DNA from: Asterias rubens
Taxonomy: Eukaryota
NCBI RefSeq assembly: GCF_902459465.1
Contig: NC_047070.1
Span: forward strand, 20,088,001-20,152,000
Reading direction: 5' to 3'
DNA length: 64,000 nucleotides
Shown: positions 46,507 to 59,200 of the stretch, piece after piece
Layout: each line of letters opens with the position of its first letter
Numbering within the stretch: position 1 is the stretch's first letter
Program-made: the position numbers and the translations under genes
Notes under the pieces: generated by a model
Seen by the model: only the letters and a program-made list of their open reading frames with translations
Database searches by the model: none
What the model was told of the DNA's origin: nothing

Positions 46507-46692
46507 CCCTCATCACATCGAACTCGTTTCAACCAAGTTCTTAGTCTTAGACTTGTTACAAGACGTTATTCACACTATCACTCAACTATCGCGATCCCCT
46601 GCTCGCTCCCTCCTCGCCGCGCACACTAACTATCGCCTTGCAACAAGACTACATTTTCAGAAGTAGTTGGAACGAGTTCGGTGTGATGAGGG
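46507..46692. mobile_element. MITE with a TA target duplication (Tc1/mariner-like)
   Basis: About 27-bp TIR CCCTCATCACATCGAACTCGTTTCAAC / GTTGGAACGAGTTCGGTGTGATGAGGG, flanked by TA on both sides. Confidence 0.8.
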
Positions 46693-48228
46693 TATCATTA
46701 ATTTAGAACAGTAATTCCAAATATGACATGGGATCCCTACCAGTTTTGTGATTTCTCGTAATGTTTTTTTGCCAGTACTCGACTTAAATTCAGAAGATGA
46801 CACTCTACGGTATTAAGTATCATGGATTGTCACCGTGTTGTACTTTTCTAGAGGAATGAGAAACGTATGTCTAATGTGGCAAATGACTATCTCCATTAAT
46901 GCTTCGGGGTTTTGATTTCCTTAAAGTTATATCTCATGTACTTACTTCCTTGCACATAACGACGGATGACTTTCGGTTCATCTTATTTCGAAGTTTGCCG
47001 ACATTCGTAAAGTATTAATGCATCTCACTGCCATGTGTTGGACATTGGCCTATTTATTACTGATATACTTCTTATGGTGTTTAATGGTTGTTCATAATGT
47101 CGGACAGCCAAACTAAATATTAGGGTATTGCAGACTCTTCTAGTATCGGTAACTGTTAACAATCAGTATTCTCACTTGGTGTATGCACAATCAAAAATCT
47201 TTGAAAACTCAGTGGTCATTAAAATGCAAGTGAATAGTAATAAGAAAAACCCCACCATTGTTGCACATATTGTGTGCTTTAAAATGCCGTTAAAAAGGCT
47301 GCAGGTCTTGAGTCTATTATTATTTGAGTGAAAGATCACCCCTTTCTCAAAACTAGGATCTACATTTACTTCAGAGGGAGCCATTTCTCACAAGGTGTTA
47401 TATCGTTACCAAGTAAGCGTTTATGTAACACTTATTTTGAGTAATTACCAATAGTGTCCAGTGCCTTTAATAGATGTAAACCTGTGGTACGCTGCACCAA
47501 GTGTGGAAGAACTCTTTGAAAGCTGACGCCTTACTAGATTGACTCAGAACTGCCCGTCTGTTAAGTAAGTTATACTATTAAAAGGTAAGCGGTTGTGGCA
47601 TCCGTTCTCGATATGCCAATAAAATCCGACCTTGGTTCGGGATATGCTCCGATTAAAATAATCATGCAGGATTTGCAAAGGGCTTTAGGGCCAGCTCAAA
47701 ACGAAAACTTGGTTACCGTCTGCATTGTTTCCTCCCTAACCCCTATCCTCCCCTCCACCTAAGTGTGGAATTGGAACAAAAACAGAATGTTATACAAACT
47801 AATTAAGATTTTCACTTGGCCTGGGTTATGATTGGTTTGTCATCTTGCGAGCTTACAGGAGCGAATCATTGATGATGCCACTTAAGCCACGTAATGCCTC
47901 TACATCTTGCAAGGTCAAGGCGATATGGACTAACATTGAGTTGAAGTTACTATCTGGCACTAGTTTGCAAGCCAGCTCCCAAAGAAGCCACTCACCTACG
48001 TGTTAAGCTTATTTTATTTATTTGCATCCCCATAAGACAATAAATAAACACAGCGTGATTTAGACCTGATTTTCACCGAGTCATTTGTGAACTTTTGTTG
48101 GTCTGGTAACTTGTTTTCAAAAACACTGATTGGACGATCACTTCATTTCTAGATTTACATCTGGATAATAAATAAACAACCCCTTTAAATTCATGCATGA
48201 CTTCATCAATATTTTTAGTATCAGTTAA

Positions 48229-48830
48229 AGGCACTGGACACCTTTGGTAATTGTCAAGACCAGTTTTCTTACTTGGTGTATCCCAATATTATTGGTCAAC
48301 GAAGTTGCAAGGCAATAATGAAAGTAAAACACCCTTAAAGGCAGTGGACACTATTGGTTATTGTCAAAGACTAGCCTTCACAGTTTGTGTATCTCAAAAT
48401 ATGCATAAAATAAAAAAGCTGTGAAATTTGAGCTCAATCGGTCATCGAAGTTGCGAGATAGTAATGAAAGAAAAATAACCCTTGTCACACGAAGTTGTGT
48501 GTGTTTAGATGGTTGATTTCGAGACCTCAAGTTCTAAACTCGAGGTCTCGAAATCAAATTCGTGGAAAATTACTTCTTTCTCGAAAACTAGGTCACTTCA
48601 GAGGGAGCCGTTTCTCACAATGTTTTATACCATCAACCTCTCCCCATTACTTGTAATCAAGAAAGGTTTTATGATAATAATTATTTTCAGAAATTACCAA
48701 TAGTGTCCACTGCCTTTAAGAGGGGGCCGTTTCTCACAATGTTTTATACTGTCAACAGCTCACCATTGCCAAGTCAGTTGTTATGCTCACAATTATTGTT
48801 ATTAATAAATAACCAATAGTGTTAGTGCCT
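48229..48830. mobile_element. Nested pair of Kolobok-like elements; the inner copy is 48339-48715
   Basis: The inner copy has a near-perfect TIR AGGCAGTGGACACTATTGGT and TTAA on both sides. It interrupts an older copy that begins TTAA|AGGCACTGGACACC and ends TAGTGCCT|TTGA. Confidence 0.85.
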
Positions 48831-51800
48831 TTGACAATTAACAACAACATGAAATGACCTTTGATGAGAATGTACTTCTGGCTTGTTGCGGATTGTCTCG
48901 TTCATTCAATGCCTGTTTCTCTGAGGGGGGTTTAGCCTATATTGATGCTGACATCACTTCGGTGTTCTTTTCCCTACTAGTCCGTAAGGCAAGGCAGCTC
49001 ACTAACGTTGATTACATCGCTTGACTGTTACACCTTCAGATGGACGTCCCTAACCATTAATGATCCCTTCTTCAAGTATCTAAAATATTACATGGGAATG
49101 CTACAAAAACAGTCGCCATGGCAACCGACGTGTTTCTGTCACATAATCTGTAATCGTAAAAGATTTCTTCTGCGATTCGGAATGACTAGCCAGATTAGGT
49201 GTAGCTTTGTTTCGGGGTATGAATGAGTGTGTTTATCAGAAGTTGTTTACAAATTGGAATGAATCCCCATCTTTCTCACGTCTCGCCCTTGGTGATGATT
49301 AAACTTCTGTTTGCTTACATTGTCTAGGTTGAAGTGAACACAGTGTCTTATTATTAGTATGTGGTATACAATGAGTGTTACAAGGTCTGACAACCCCTAC
49401 AAGCCAAGCAAACGAACGAGGGAGATTTACAAATGCCCTTTCTACCCACGTTTTGTGGTATTTTGCTGCTGTATTCTAAGTCATAACAAATAAATCCTCG
49501 CACGGATACTATTCAATTTAAATGCTTGTGATTAAATAACAGATAATATGAAATGACACGCAGAATTTTAATAAATTCAAAACTTGCTGGTATACTCCAA
49601 CATGTAATGCAGAGGATACTTCAATGGGATATAGCCTGATCAATTATTCCCCGCGACTGCAATGCGAATCGTGACGTCATCGTGTGGATTTGCGCGAGAG
49701 ACACTTTGCGGAAAACTGGAGCACAGGGCAACTCGCGGCGTCCTTTTGCTGCGAGCTTATGACGTCAAATTCGTTTCGAATTTGCATTTGCTTTGAATAA
49801 TAAGAACTCCTTTTCTTGGTATGGAAATGATGCTTGTCATGCACTTCCGTAAGTCATTTGATTAAGCAGTTCCAATTACCTTAAAACTATATTGATCACA
49901 GCTATAGACTGCAGTAATAGGGAAGCTGTATGCATCTAGAAGAAGGGAGAAAATAACAGCCGGAAATAACAGCCGAAAATAACAGCCGGAAAACCAAGTG
50001 CCTTGTTTGATACATAAGCTATGAGCAGACAATTCAATCTGACAACACTTTCTAAATTATTTTAAAGGCAACTTAGTCACAAATGGCGTTATTTCTTCCC
50101 ATTTTAGCTGGTTTTGCTAAACATGATTGCTCCATAAAAATAAAAATAAATCGGTGAAATTGTGCCCATCCGCAAGATATTGCGGTAAGCACACCTGTAA
50201 TGTTCTGGACATCGAAATGAGCGAACTTGTGCACGTGACAGTAAGGGGCTATCACTTTCATGAGTAATTTATTATAAATTATGCAGTACGCATGCTCAAA
50301 GCTCCGCTTACTTTAATCATTACCATAATGTAGGAATACTTTACAATGCCCAACTCTGAGCAGGCTTGAAGGGTGAGTTTAGATTTAATATTGATCGCTG
50401 AGAGGGTCCTGGGTTCGACTTCCTCCGTAGGTAGCTCCTATCTATTGTGTGCAACAGCCGGAGAGCAAACGAAATTGTATAAAAAGCATCAATCATTCTC
50501 CACTTGATCGGTTGTTTGTATATTGTCTCCTCCGTAGTTCGCCTCTCATGGTTCGATTTTTTATGTACAGTTCTGTAAACATTAACGAAAAATGATGCGA
50601 CTTATATTTTGTCATTATGTAAAGATGACTAAGGGGATAACAGAACATGTGTCATCAATATACGATTCACGACTTTGATCTTTTATCTGGACAGAGGGAC
50701 AGCTTCGTTGCGAACCATGATCTATTAATGTGATTTAGTTGATTGAGTCCAAATTAAAGGTGATCTGAGTTGGCATTTCAGCTAAGGTAGCCAATTACAT
50801 TAAAAGGGATTTGGTCATGCTACATATCCGTATTTGAAAACTGCGAACATCGTGTGCTCTCTTAATCTAAAACGTTGAAAACTTCAATCTGTTGTCCAAG
50901 TGGTGGCATTTTCGCTCTTTTGAGAGGAAATTCAATCTGTACAACTATTTCTGATTGAAATTGGAGCGAACTTCACTCTAAATCGAGTTGAAAGTACTCG
51001 TCTTTCACTGTTAAAAGAATCTTCCACCATATGGCTCTTTGCAAGAGTGGTATGGTGGACAAAACGAGTGGTTTTTCACTCTAAAGCTGGCTACCCACTT
51101 CCTTCAACGGCAATATTAATTTTGACGTCACAAGAGTTGTGTGAAACATTTGCTGCTAAAACAGCAATAAGACGTCAATATTCGCTTCACATTCGCATTC
51201 ACCGAATGAACCTGTCTTAATCAGAATCCAGACACTCAGAAGCCGTCATCACATGATCAATATGCAAATTAGGTCCCTGCCCACCTTTTCTCACCGCATT
51301 GCTGTCATCTTTGATGGAAATTATTTAAATATTAAGGCTCTCCTAAACACAGGGCATAGCTTCAACCCTCAACGGTCAAGGTTTTATACACGAGTGCCAT
51401 TCAAAGCTAGTCAATATCAAGTGGTGAATTCAATTTATTGTTGACCTCCAAAATAAAATAGCCACCGTGTCAAACTGGAATCAACCATTATTTATTACAA
51501 ATAGAAATCAACGCCAGTATATTCTTAATGACTCTTTAATAATATTATATAGAAAATGTACACTGTTGGAAGGTATCTCGCATACAACTTCCACACAAAA
51601 TGAGGAGAGCAAGTTATACTACATTTTTATAATAGCGGCAGCACAAGTTACACACCGTTTGTGTTGTTTTAAGTTCAGTTATCCTACTTTAGGCCTGCTT
51701 CCATAAGTTCTATACGCACAAGTTTATCCAACAGAGTTACGTTTTTAACAGTATATACACAGACTCGAATACACTGATTTACTTAGTTTATACAAAAAAT

Positions 51801-54800
51801 CTTTTCCAGATAAAATTATTCTATATTTTGTGCTGCCGGCGTATAGAGAAGAATAGCACATCGTAGACATGGTTGATTAGCAACTTGAGAGTCACTGCAT
51901 GTTTATTTATGTTCCGAACTATAAATATTTGGACACGAGCAAAGAGTCAATTCATTTACTTCACAAGACGTGTCCATGTCTTGCCTGCACATAAATTGGA
52001 TCCAGAAAGAGCAGATTTTTCTTAATAAAATAACCTGGGAACTTCGAGAAGTCCATTGCAGGTCGAGACAGCTCATTTCTCACCCCCTCATCAGTTCACA
52101 TCAACGAATCAATTTATTCAATAATTGAGTCGAGCCTACTTTTAGCCCCCTTTTTCTCATCCTGCAACGGACGGGTATATCATTATTACCAGGGGTCCAG
52201 ATTCATGTACCTTAAAGGGTTTCGATACCTTTTGTAAATCAAGTTTTTGGTCATGACATGAATCCCAACTCACTGTATCTTTCAACTTCATTAGTCGTCA
52301 AGTTGTTGAGAACAAAGTAAAGACCACAGAGTACTGTTCTCAATAGAGTCGCATCAATCAATAATTTCGTCTCACTGACTCACAAATTATTGTTGCTTTA
52401 CTATTTCTGAAAAACTACAGCACCCCAGAAAGTAATATGATAAGGGAAGCTTGCTACAATCATCATCTTTAAACCGTGTAAGTTTAAAATAAATCTGTGG
52501 TCGTTTGAGTTTTGTGTCGTACAAAAAGTACCTAAACCATGAAAAGAGATTATAGGCTACACTAAACAAAGTTTTGTTTGGAAACAGTTGTAATAAACAA
52601 TTTCCAATCAATCATTGAAGTTGGCACAAATATTAGTTTACATTGTTACTGCTACATTTGTCTATACTGAAATTTAATATTATTTACATTTTTACAGATT
52701 ATCTTAACTTTATCTAGAAGTGTGGAGCTTTTAGTATTTTACATAGTGCTAATAACAACGCTGTGGGTGATCTCTAAATACTCCTATTAATATTACACAT
52801 AACTTAAACAATATATGAATATACATTTCATTGCCTTTATAGCGTAACCAGACACAAACACATGAGTTTACCAAGCTCGAATAAGATGCCATTCTACTTT
52901 GGTAATATTATACAAAGTGAAGCAAATGTACAATTTTGTTGAAAGGAAATATCAATTATATTAATTATTGTTTTCATATTTACAACCATTATGAATTATA
53001 CAAGCACACATAACCCCTAATTTACGATAATGCAAACCTTCATTAGTTTTGACTTTAATATGACATGAAGTAAAAGCGAAATTGCTGAAAATGCACCTCG
53101 CAATTTTGAGTTAGACTCGATGTGAACAGTGGAAATAATTGCCGTTATGTTCAAGGCTATAAGATTAGATGTCCATGAAGAAACATACGTATGATTTGTC
53201 ACAGATTTCAAATTTCATACCAAACTGCTTACAAACATATTGTTGCTTTTCGTAAAATGTCACAATAACTCATTTCTTGTTTACGAGTTGTTCGTGCGGG
53301 TGACTCGGTTGTGCAAGTTAAGTGAATAATGTTCAACCTTCATCTATGCGGTTGCTTTTGGTGCTAAACATAACTGTTGTGACAAACTGTATATCTTTTC
53401 TCTGATCCTTAATAAGTTTGATTAGTAGTTTGTTTTGATCACCAAATGTCATGGTCATCTTGAAAGGACAAGTATACCAAGGCAAGTGTGCTGTGTAGCT
53501 GTTGGGTATCACAAAACAAAATGGCGAACGAAATACGGTCACTTGGTACTACTATTGGGGCTACAACAAAACCGACGTAGAGCTTTAAACCAGAGAGTCC
53601 ACGCATGAAATCACACAACATTTGACGTCACTTGAATAAAATGTAATGCGTATACAATTTGATAGTGAAATATCAACAAACTATGACATTTAGGCTAGAA
53701 TTGTCACTTTAAAACGAACATTACTCGTGGCGAGTAGCAGGTCCTAGAAAACAGTATATACAATTTACATAATGTTGAATTTATTTGATTGGGAATCCGT
53801 AAAAATGGGCAACCTGAGTGAGTCCCTACGTCATGCACCACGTGACTGGATTATAGCCGCAAACTATTACGTCTATGAACAGCATTGCGCAGGTCTGTTG
53901 ACGTCACGATGGTCCCATTTCGGTATTGGATGAACGACCATGGTAGAACGTACACCTAGTCTGCATGCATGGGAGAAAGGAAAAAACCAATGGTGTTCCG
54001 ATGGTAAAACAAAATGGCAGGCAAATGGAGTGACAAAACTAAATAAATAAAACAAAAGTGAGAGGGTTGAGAAAGGGAGGTTGTGATCTAAAGCTAGGTG
54101 GGTTGGTTTTGGGGGAAATAAAATTATTCGTGGAAATAATGTTTGGTAGCATTGGATGTCATGGATGTGTCCATAACTCATCACACATCATACCGTACTA
54201 AAAAGCATTCATCCAACACCCACACACATAATGTTGAATATAATGAAATCTTATCACCACTATAGGATCATACATACAATCCAACTATGATTAGGGCCTT
54301 CGCCCACACACACATCATAAACAAAAATGCAAACAAACTCAACAAGTCTGGTTCAGTAATTCTTTTAAGTGCATTTTGTGAAGGCGATATTTTTGTGATG
54401 GTTTGCCGAAAGTAAATTTGGTGAATTCTCGTATACATACTTCTTCGCTCTATATCTCTTATAACATACATAATATAATATTCACACATCGTAACCCACG
54501 CATTGATCTTCTCTACACACAGCAACGACGTTTGGATTGCTACACCGTGGCTCATTGCAACCTCATGCAATGCGAATGCACGCACCTCTCCAATAAAGCC
54601 TATTTCCAGAGCTCGTTACCCCTCATAATGGTGCTCGATATGTAGGCAGAGTGCTCTACACTTTTTAAAGGCACTGGATACCTTTGGTTATTGTCAAAGA
54701 CCAGTATTCTCACTTGATGTAACTTCACATAATATGCATAAATTAACAAACTTGTGAAAATTGGGACTCAATTTGTCATCGAAGTTGCAAGAGAATATTG

Positions 54801-57694
54801 GTCCCGGAGTCATTTAATATTTGAGTGAGAAATTATTTCTTTTTCAAAGACTACGTTACTTTCGAGGGAGCCATTTCTCACAATGTTTTACCTCTATTGC
54901 TCGTTCAAAGTAAGTTTGTATGCTAAAAATTGGGGGATGGGGGTTTCCTTCTGTTCTGTATAAGAGGGGAGGAGATGAACGGGGTGGCTCTCAATCTAAC
55001 ACATATCGGCCACGATTCTCTATACGCATTGGGGATAGTCAGATGTATGCCAAACTCATCGTACCATAATCTTTTGTACGACTCTACTTATCAAGCAACA
55101 CCGGCAATGAAAAAAATGTCATAGATAAAGGAAAACAATGCAAATTAATGGGGGAACAAATGAATAAAGCACAACAATGATGCGATGGACACAGACATGA
55201 GGTGGTGTACTGTGTGTGTGCTTGTGATAAAAGGGTATGGGCGAGAACGGCAACTTAATAAAAGACGTATTTGACTGTGAAGTTGTCAATGAAAATGATA
55301 ATCAAAGCTTGTAAAGAAAGTAATATTTTATTTTTCAAACTGGACACGAGTCATTTAGTGAGCATGACGTTTGCACTGTCAGTTTAAACCCATTCCCATT
55401 CTACATAAAGCGAGATTTTTTACATTATGATACTTGCAAAGGTTTTTTGCACTAAATCTAAATATAAAAAAAAAAAAAAAAAATTCTAACTTTTTATTTA
55501 TTTAGATGATTTAGGATTAAGCTAAACATGTGTACGTTATCATCTCTAGCAATGACAGAGTGATACATGAACTATTATTTATTATAGACAGTTTTAAATA
55601 TTTTTTCTTTACTAATTCCTATAACTCACTGCTGACTTCGTGGGGAAATTTAGCAAAATAATTGATATTGATTGCGAAATTACTTCTTGTTGATAAAAGA
55701 TTTTTAATAAAACAGAAAGTTCTTAGGAAGTGTAGTATTTTGAGCGAGGAACAAGTAACGATGTTACGGACTGTTTCATGTGTTTCCCAAGTTAGACGTC
55801 AGATAATCAGGCTATTGCTAAGTGATATCCAGAGTATGCCAGTCTTTCCATGAACAGTGACTTGATCGAGGCCTATCTGTGAAGTGTTCCAAGCCTAGGC
55901 ATAAACCTTATATGGCCGAATTTTTGAAAGAAGTTCAGGGCCGACGGCTGACATGTTGCGTCCTACCCATTTTATTGACTCGACTAGAAATTTGAGTGGT
56001 CTGCGTACGTAGATCTTATTTTATGCACGTGACACAGATCTGGGTTTAGGAATCATAGTCACGGAACAACCAATAATCTGTACAGGAAAACATGCCCCGA
56101 TAGCTAATCCGGGTAATCCTGGTTCGGATTTGACACCGGCCCATCTGACCATGAAATAATCATCTTGGTCAATCATGAGACAGGATTCAAGACTAAGCAT
56201 TTTTAAAGAGGTCATACTCTTTGTTGTTAAGAAGGGAAATAACCCCCATTCCCGAGTTCTTTGTACTTTCCCCAGTTTGACGCGATAATTTGATTGATGA
56301 CTCTACGATCCCTGTTAATGACAACTGATTAAAGATCAACTGAAGAGCCCACGTTATGCCTAGGGTACTAATAAACGCAATACTTAAGACTTCCTCATAT
56401 CAATATTTGAAGACGTGCGACTCGCCAGCCGAACCGCACGGGGGATTGTACTGACTTTCATCTCTTAATTATACAAACAATAATTGCAGTTAAAACCCAT
56501 ACAGAGGATTCGGCTTTGGGCGTGTTCAAACAATGTTTGTGCAACCAAACCAACTGTCTCTAATAGCTTTTGGTTGAATATATTTTGAGGTATCGATAAG
56601 TGTGACCCTCTCTAAACCCATGAAGATATAATTTGGCTATTCACGTTTGGTAATGACCCCCAAATAGATGGTAAAACAAACTGTGTAAGAAGTACAGCAT
56701 CTTTGGATAGTATAATGCACTTTGATATTCGAAGCACTGAAGTTAAGTTAAAAGATATCACTTTCAATCCCAACCAACATATTTGAATCTGAGAAACGTT
56801 ACTGACATTAACGTTTCTCAGATTGTATAATCCAAATGTAATTATTCTTTCTGCGTGGACATCCGCTCCAGATTTTTTGCAATAAAAATGCGACTACCTT
56901 TTAAAATGAACATTTCACAGGTTAGTTTTATGGTGTGTATGGTTAGTTTTTAGGGTGTGTATATCTACAACCAAAGAGCACTAGAACAAACAGTCGGTTC
57001 TAAATATCAAACGTATCCATTCCATTTAAACAGACCCAATTCTGTCATAATGGAACTATTGAAAGTAACTTCTTACTAGTGTTATTGCCAAGTGTCTTTA
57101 AAACAAACCCAGATGACTTAGTCAATGAACATGCTGAATCGAAGTACGCGACTAATGATGTGGCTTTATCATTAATGAGTTTCTGCCGCTCAAGGTGGGA
57201 CTTAGTCGCTGAATAATACATCCATCAGGTATAAAGTTTCACTCAAACGAGTTTCATTGCTAGCCCCTTGGAAAATATTGTCTGTAAACGACCATTCAGT
57301 GGCGATTACAGAGTATCAAATGATTCAAGCTGGTATGACTAACGAATAAACTTTCCCGGCGGTAAATAAGTTTTGGGAAAAGCGATATACTGATATAGAG
57401 CTGATTACCAGAGATAGTTAATAATTGTCTCTGGCCATAAGACGATTTTACGGTAACTTAAGTCAACAATTGAACCACTCCCTGGCTGAATATCTAGATA
57501 TCTTTTTGAGATCAGTTGTTTTGTGAATGCTTTGTAGATATTTCTGTTCTTTATTTTGCTTAGAGAATTTGATTGAGGAATTCGGTGGTTTTGTTTTATG
57601 ATAAATCCATATGCATGTTTTTCACTGAACATTTTTTGAGACCAAACTGTTTTCTGGGCATAAACAAGTTTCTGACAATAGTATGGCGGAGTTG

Positions 57695-58728
57695 TTACCC
57701 ATGATAATCTGTGGTACGACTATGAATTCTCAAACTAGACGTAGAAGTGAAGGAACGAGTAGAAATGGACCTTTTGCTCCTGGCGCGTCTTGCGTTCTCA
57801 CACCGTATGACTGACCGGAACGCAACCCGGAACTTGCTTGAGATCAGGTTGTACAAGATTGGATTGATGGCTGAGTTGATGTACACCAGGATCCGGAATA
57901 TGGCGATCATGACCTGGAACGTATGCATGTTCGCCCCCAGCCAGGCTCGGATCGACTCCTTGGGCGCAAAGATCTGCCATAGGATAACGGTACGCATTGG
58001 GAACCAACACAGAAAGAACACAGCGACCACGCTGGCCATCATGAGAACAACACGGCGGTGTGCCTGTCTGGTGGCTGCATTGGCTAGATTCTGACATGTG
58101 TTGTTTGAAGAGGACTGATTGGAGGGCCTCATAGCAGCCTCGTGATTGGCCTCGTTTTCAATGAACGCAACCGTTGGCTCGTGCTCCTCATTGGTTGAGT
58201 TACTGGTCACGTGATTCTTCAACGGGACGTAGTTATTTTCCACCATGGAATCGCCGCTGTTCTTTCTCGGCATGGTGGCTAGTTCGACAAGTCGACCTTC
58301 CCGGTATACCGGTGTTCCCGAAGCCGGTCCTAAAGACTCTTTGTTCCGGATTGAAGCCATGTAGTTATCGTGTTTACGGAGCGTGTTGGCGATGACGCAG
58401 TATATGATAGCCATGAACGCGCATGGGAGGAGGAAAAATCCGACGGCTATGCCCCCAACGTAGGCTTCTTTCAAGGTGGTATTGGCGAAGCTGCCACAGA
58501 CACAGCCCGCTTCTGTGTTGCTATATACAACAGTAAGGGCTAGTGGAACACTACTTATAAAAGCAATGAGCCAGACCAGGCAGCAAATAATGAGTGTCCG
58601 TTTGGACGTGCACGTATAGTTAGCTTTGAACGGCATACAGATGACGTAATAACGCTCCACTGCTATGGCGAGTAGCGTCAATATAGAGGCATGGGCTGTA
58701 GCACTATCCAGGATTGTGACCAAATAAC
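57695..58728 (-). CDS. Terminal exon (TM3-TM7 and C-tail) of a class A peptide GPCR, ecdysis-triggering hormone receptor / GHSR-like family
   Basis: Motifs AHASILTLLAIAVERYYVICMPFKANYTCT (TM3/ERY), CWFP (TM6) and YINSAINPILYNLISSKFR (TM7) closely match the ETHR pattern as I recall it (AHASVLTILAISFERYYAICEPLKAGYVCT; YLNSAINPILYNLMSTKFR). Acceptor ttctcttttcag at 58730-58729, phase 1. I did not find the TM1-TM2 exon, which is probably beyond 64000. Confidence 0.9.
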
Positions 58729-59136
58729 CTGAAAAGAGAAATGGTAGAAACACAGTTTAGTTTATGTCAATCTTAATTGCAATCTTCTTCCATGGCAGAC
58801 ACTCTTAAGGAGGCCCACACCAAACTGCCAAAGAGAAGATTTAAGAAATGCCTGAAAGTATAAGAACGTGAATTGTGCTGGATGTGTAAAGTATAAGAAC
58901 GTGAATTGTGCTGGATGTGTAAGCTATCATAGGGCAGTTTCCTTTTGTACTCAGAAGTCAAACGGTTGCCCCAAAAGCAATCCAACTCACTTCTAAGAAT
59001 ATTTAAACAAACCTTGCCATTCTTAACTAGATCTTGATTCACGTAGACAAACTAAGTGCACCTATCGGAAGGAGAAATATTGAAGCGTCTCGAGCGTCGG
59101 ATATGAGCGCCTTATAAAAAAAACACTCATTTAAAA

Positions 59137-59200
59137 AACAAACAAACAAACAAACAAACAAACAAACAAACAAACAAACAAACAAACAAACAAACAAACA
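59137..59200 (+). repeat. (CAAA)n microsatellite following a LINE/SINE-like tail
   Basis: About 15 CAAA units, preceded by AAGCGTCTCGAGC..GAGCGCCTTATAAAA near 59082-59120. Confidence 0.9.

Noticed and set aside
57747-58395. Alternative-frame and antisense ORFs over the GPCR exon
   Set aside because: Shadows of the GC-richer coding exon.
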